Origin: Acidobacteriota bacterium
Lineage (GTDB): Bacteria > Acidobacteriota > UBA6911 > RPQK01 > JADFOI01
Length of the DNA: 64,000 bases
Assembly (NCBI GenBank): GCA_963663035.1
Contig: OY760074.1
Location: 1,216,001 to 1,280,000 of the forward strand
Reading direction: 5' to 3'
The notes under the pieces are model-generated. The model did no database searches, was not told where the DNA came from, and saw only the letters and a list, made by a program, of their open reading frames with translations. A program made the translations under genes and the position numbers. Positions 63,555 to 64,000 of this stretch are shown here, piece by piece (within the stretch, counting starts at the first letter, position 1; each line of letters starts with the position of its first letter).

Positions 63555-63668
63555 ATGATTGGCAAGACACTCTCACACTACAAAGTCCTAGAGAAGATCG
63601 GCCAGACCCAAATCAACGTCGTTCTCAACTGGTTTGAAGAACTCAAACGCCTGGTGCCTACCAACTAG
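63555..63668 (+). CDS. 37-aa minigene fusing the kinase N-terminal and C-terminal motifs
   Basis: [37 protein letters not shown]-stop, in frame. Confidence 0.7.
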   Translation: MIGKTLSHYKVLEKIGQTQINVVLNWFEELKRLVPTN

Positions 63669-63711
63669 CCATGAGTGGTCGGAAATGCAGGGACTTAAGA
63701 AAAGGCTAACC

Positions 63712-64000
63712 ATGAAGCTCCAGTGTGCAGTCCGGAACACAATTGCTGTCGTGGTGCTTCTCTGCTCTGTAGCTCTGGTCTATGCGCAGAACTTGGAAGT
63801 GACCTTGTTAGGTACCGGTACTCCTGCACCGAGTTTGGATCGTTTTGGCCCCAGTACTCTCGTGAAAGCGGGAACTGTTTGGTTGTTGTTTGACTGTGGA
63901 CGGGGTACAACTCAACGTCTTTTTCAGATCGGCGTCCCTCTCAGTGAAATGAATGCGCTATTTCTCACCCACTTGCATTCCGATCATACGGTGGGATTCC
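63712..64000 (+). CDS. MBL-fold metallo-hydrolase (RNase Z-like), partial; paralogue of 31447-32511
   Basis: Signal peptide, then [19 protein letters not shown]...FDCGRG...THLHSDH. Confidence 0.88.
   Translation, partial: MKLQCAVRNTIAVVVLLCSVALVYAQNLEVTLLGTGTPAPSLDRFGPSTLVKAGTVWLLFDCGRGTTQRLFQIGVPLSEMNALFLTHLHSDHTVGF

Overview
Bacterial chromosomal window, probably Acidobacteriota (inferred from the 16S 5' signature and the gene families; not database-checked). Two core blocks flank an accessory island. Left core (1-25.9 kb): typA, nadE, a complete tRNA-less rrn operon, mutL, aspS, hisS, a Mut7-C gene, accA, dnaE, guaA and uppP. Right core (46.1-58 kb): cimA, ilvN, gmhA-like, miaB, recN and tolQ-tolR-tolA-tolB-pal, then a tandem Ser/Thr kinase-beta-propeller array. 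The ~20 kb island (~25.95-46.1 kb) holds two IS6 copies, IS256, IS1380, IS3 and IS3 debris, two att-like tRNA-Leu 3' fragments, a tyrosine recombinase and a putative TA pair. The most striking feature is a set of repeated small 'mini-integron' modules. Each has a decayed intI 3' end, a conserved leader ending in an attI-like GTT, one different cassette, an attC and a shared tail. The best-preserved modules are bracketed by inverted 13-6-13 bp dif-like recombination sites. Other unannotated signals: an Ile/Leu/Val-rich leader-peptide attenuator before ilvN-cimA, a perfect sigma70 consensus promoter inside the 16S-23S spacer, a TA-flanked MITE that overlaps the stop codons of two convergent genes, and a 37-aa in-frame 'ends-only' kinase minigene. 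Coordinates were counted by hand and may be off by a few bases.
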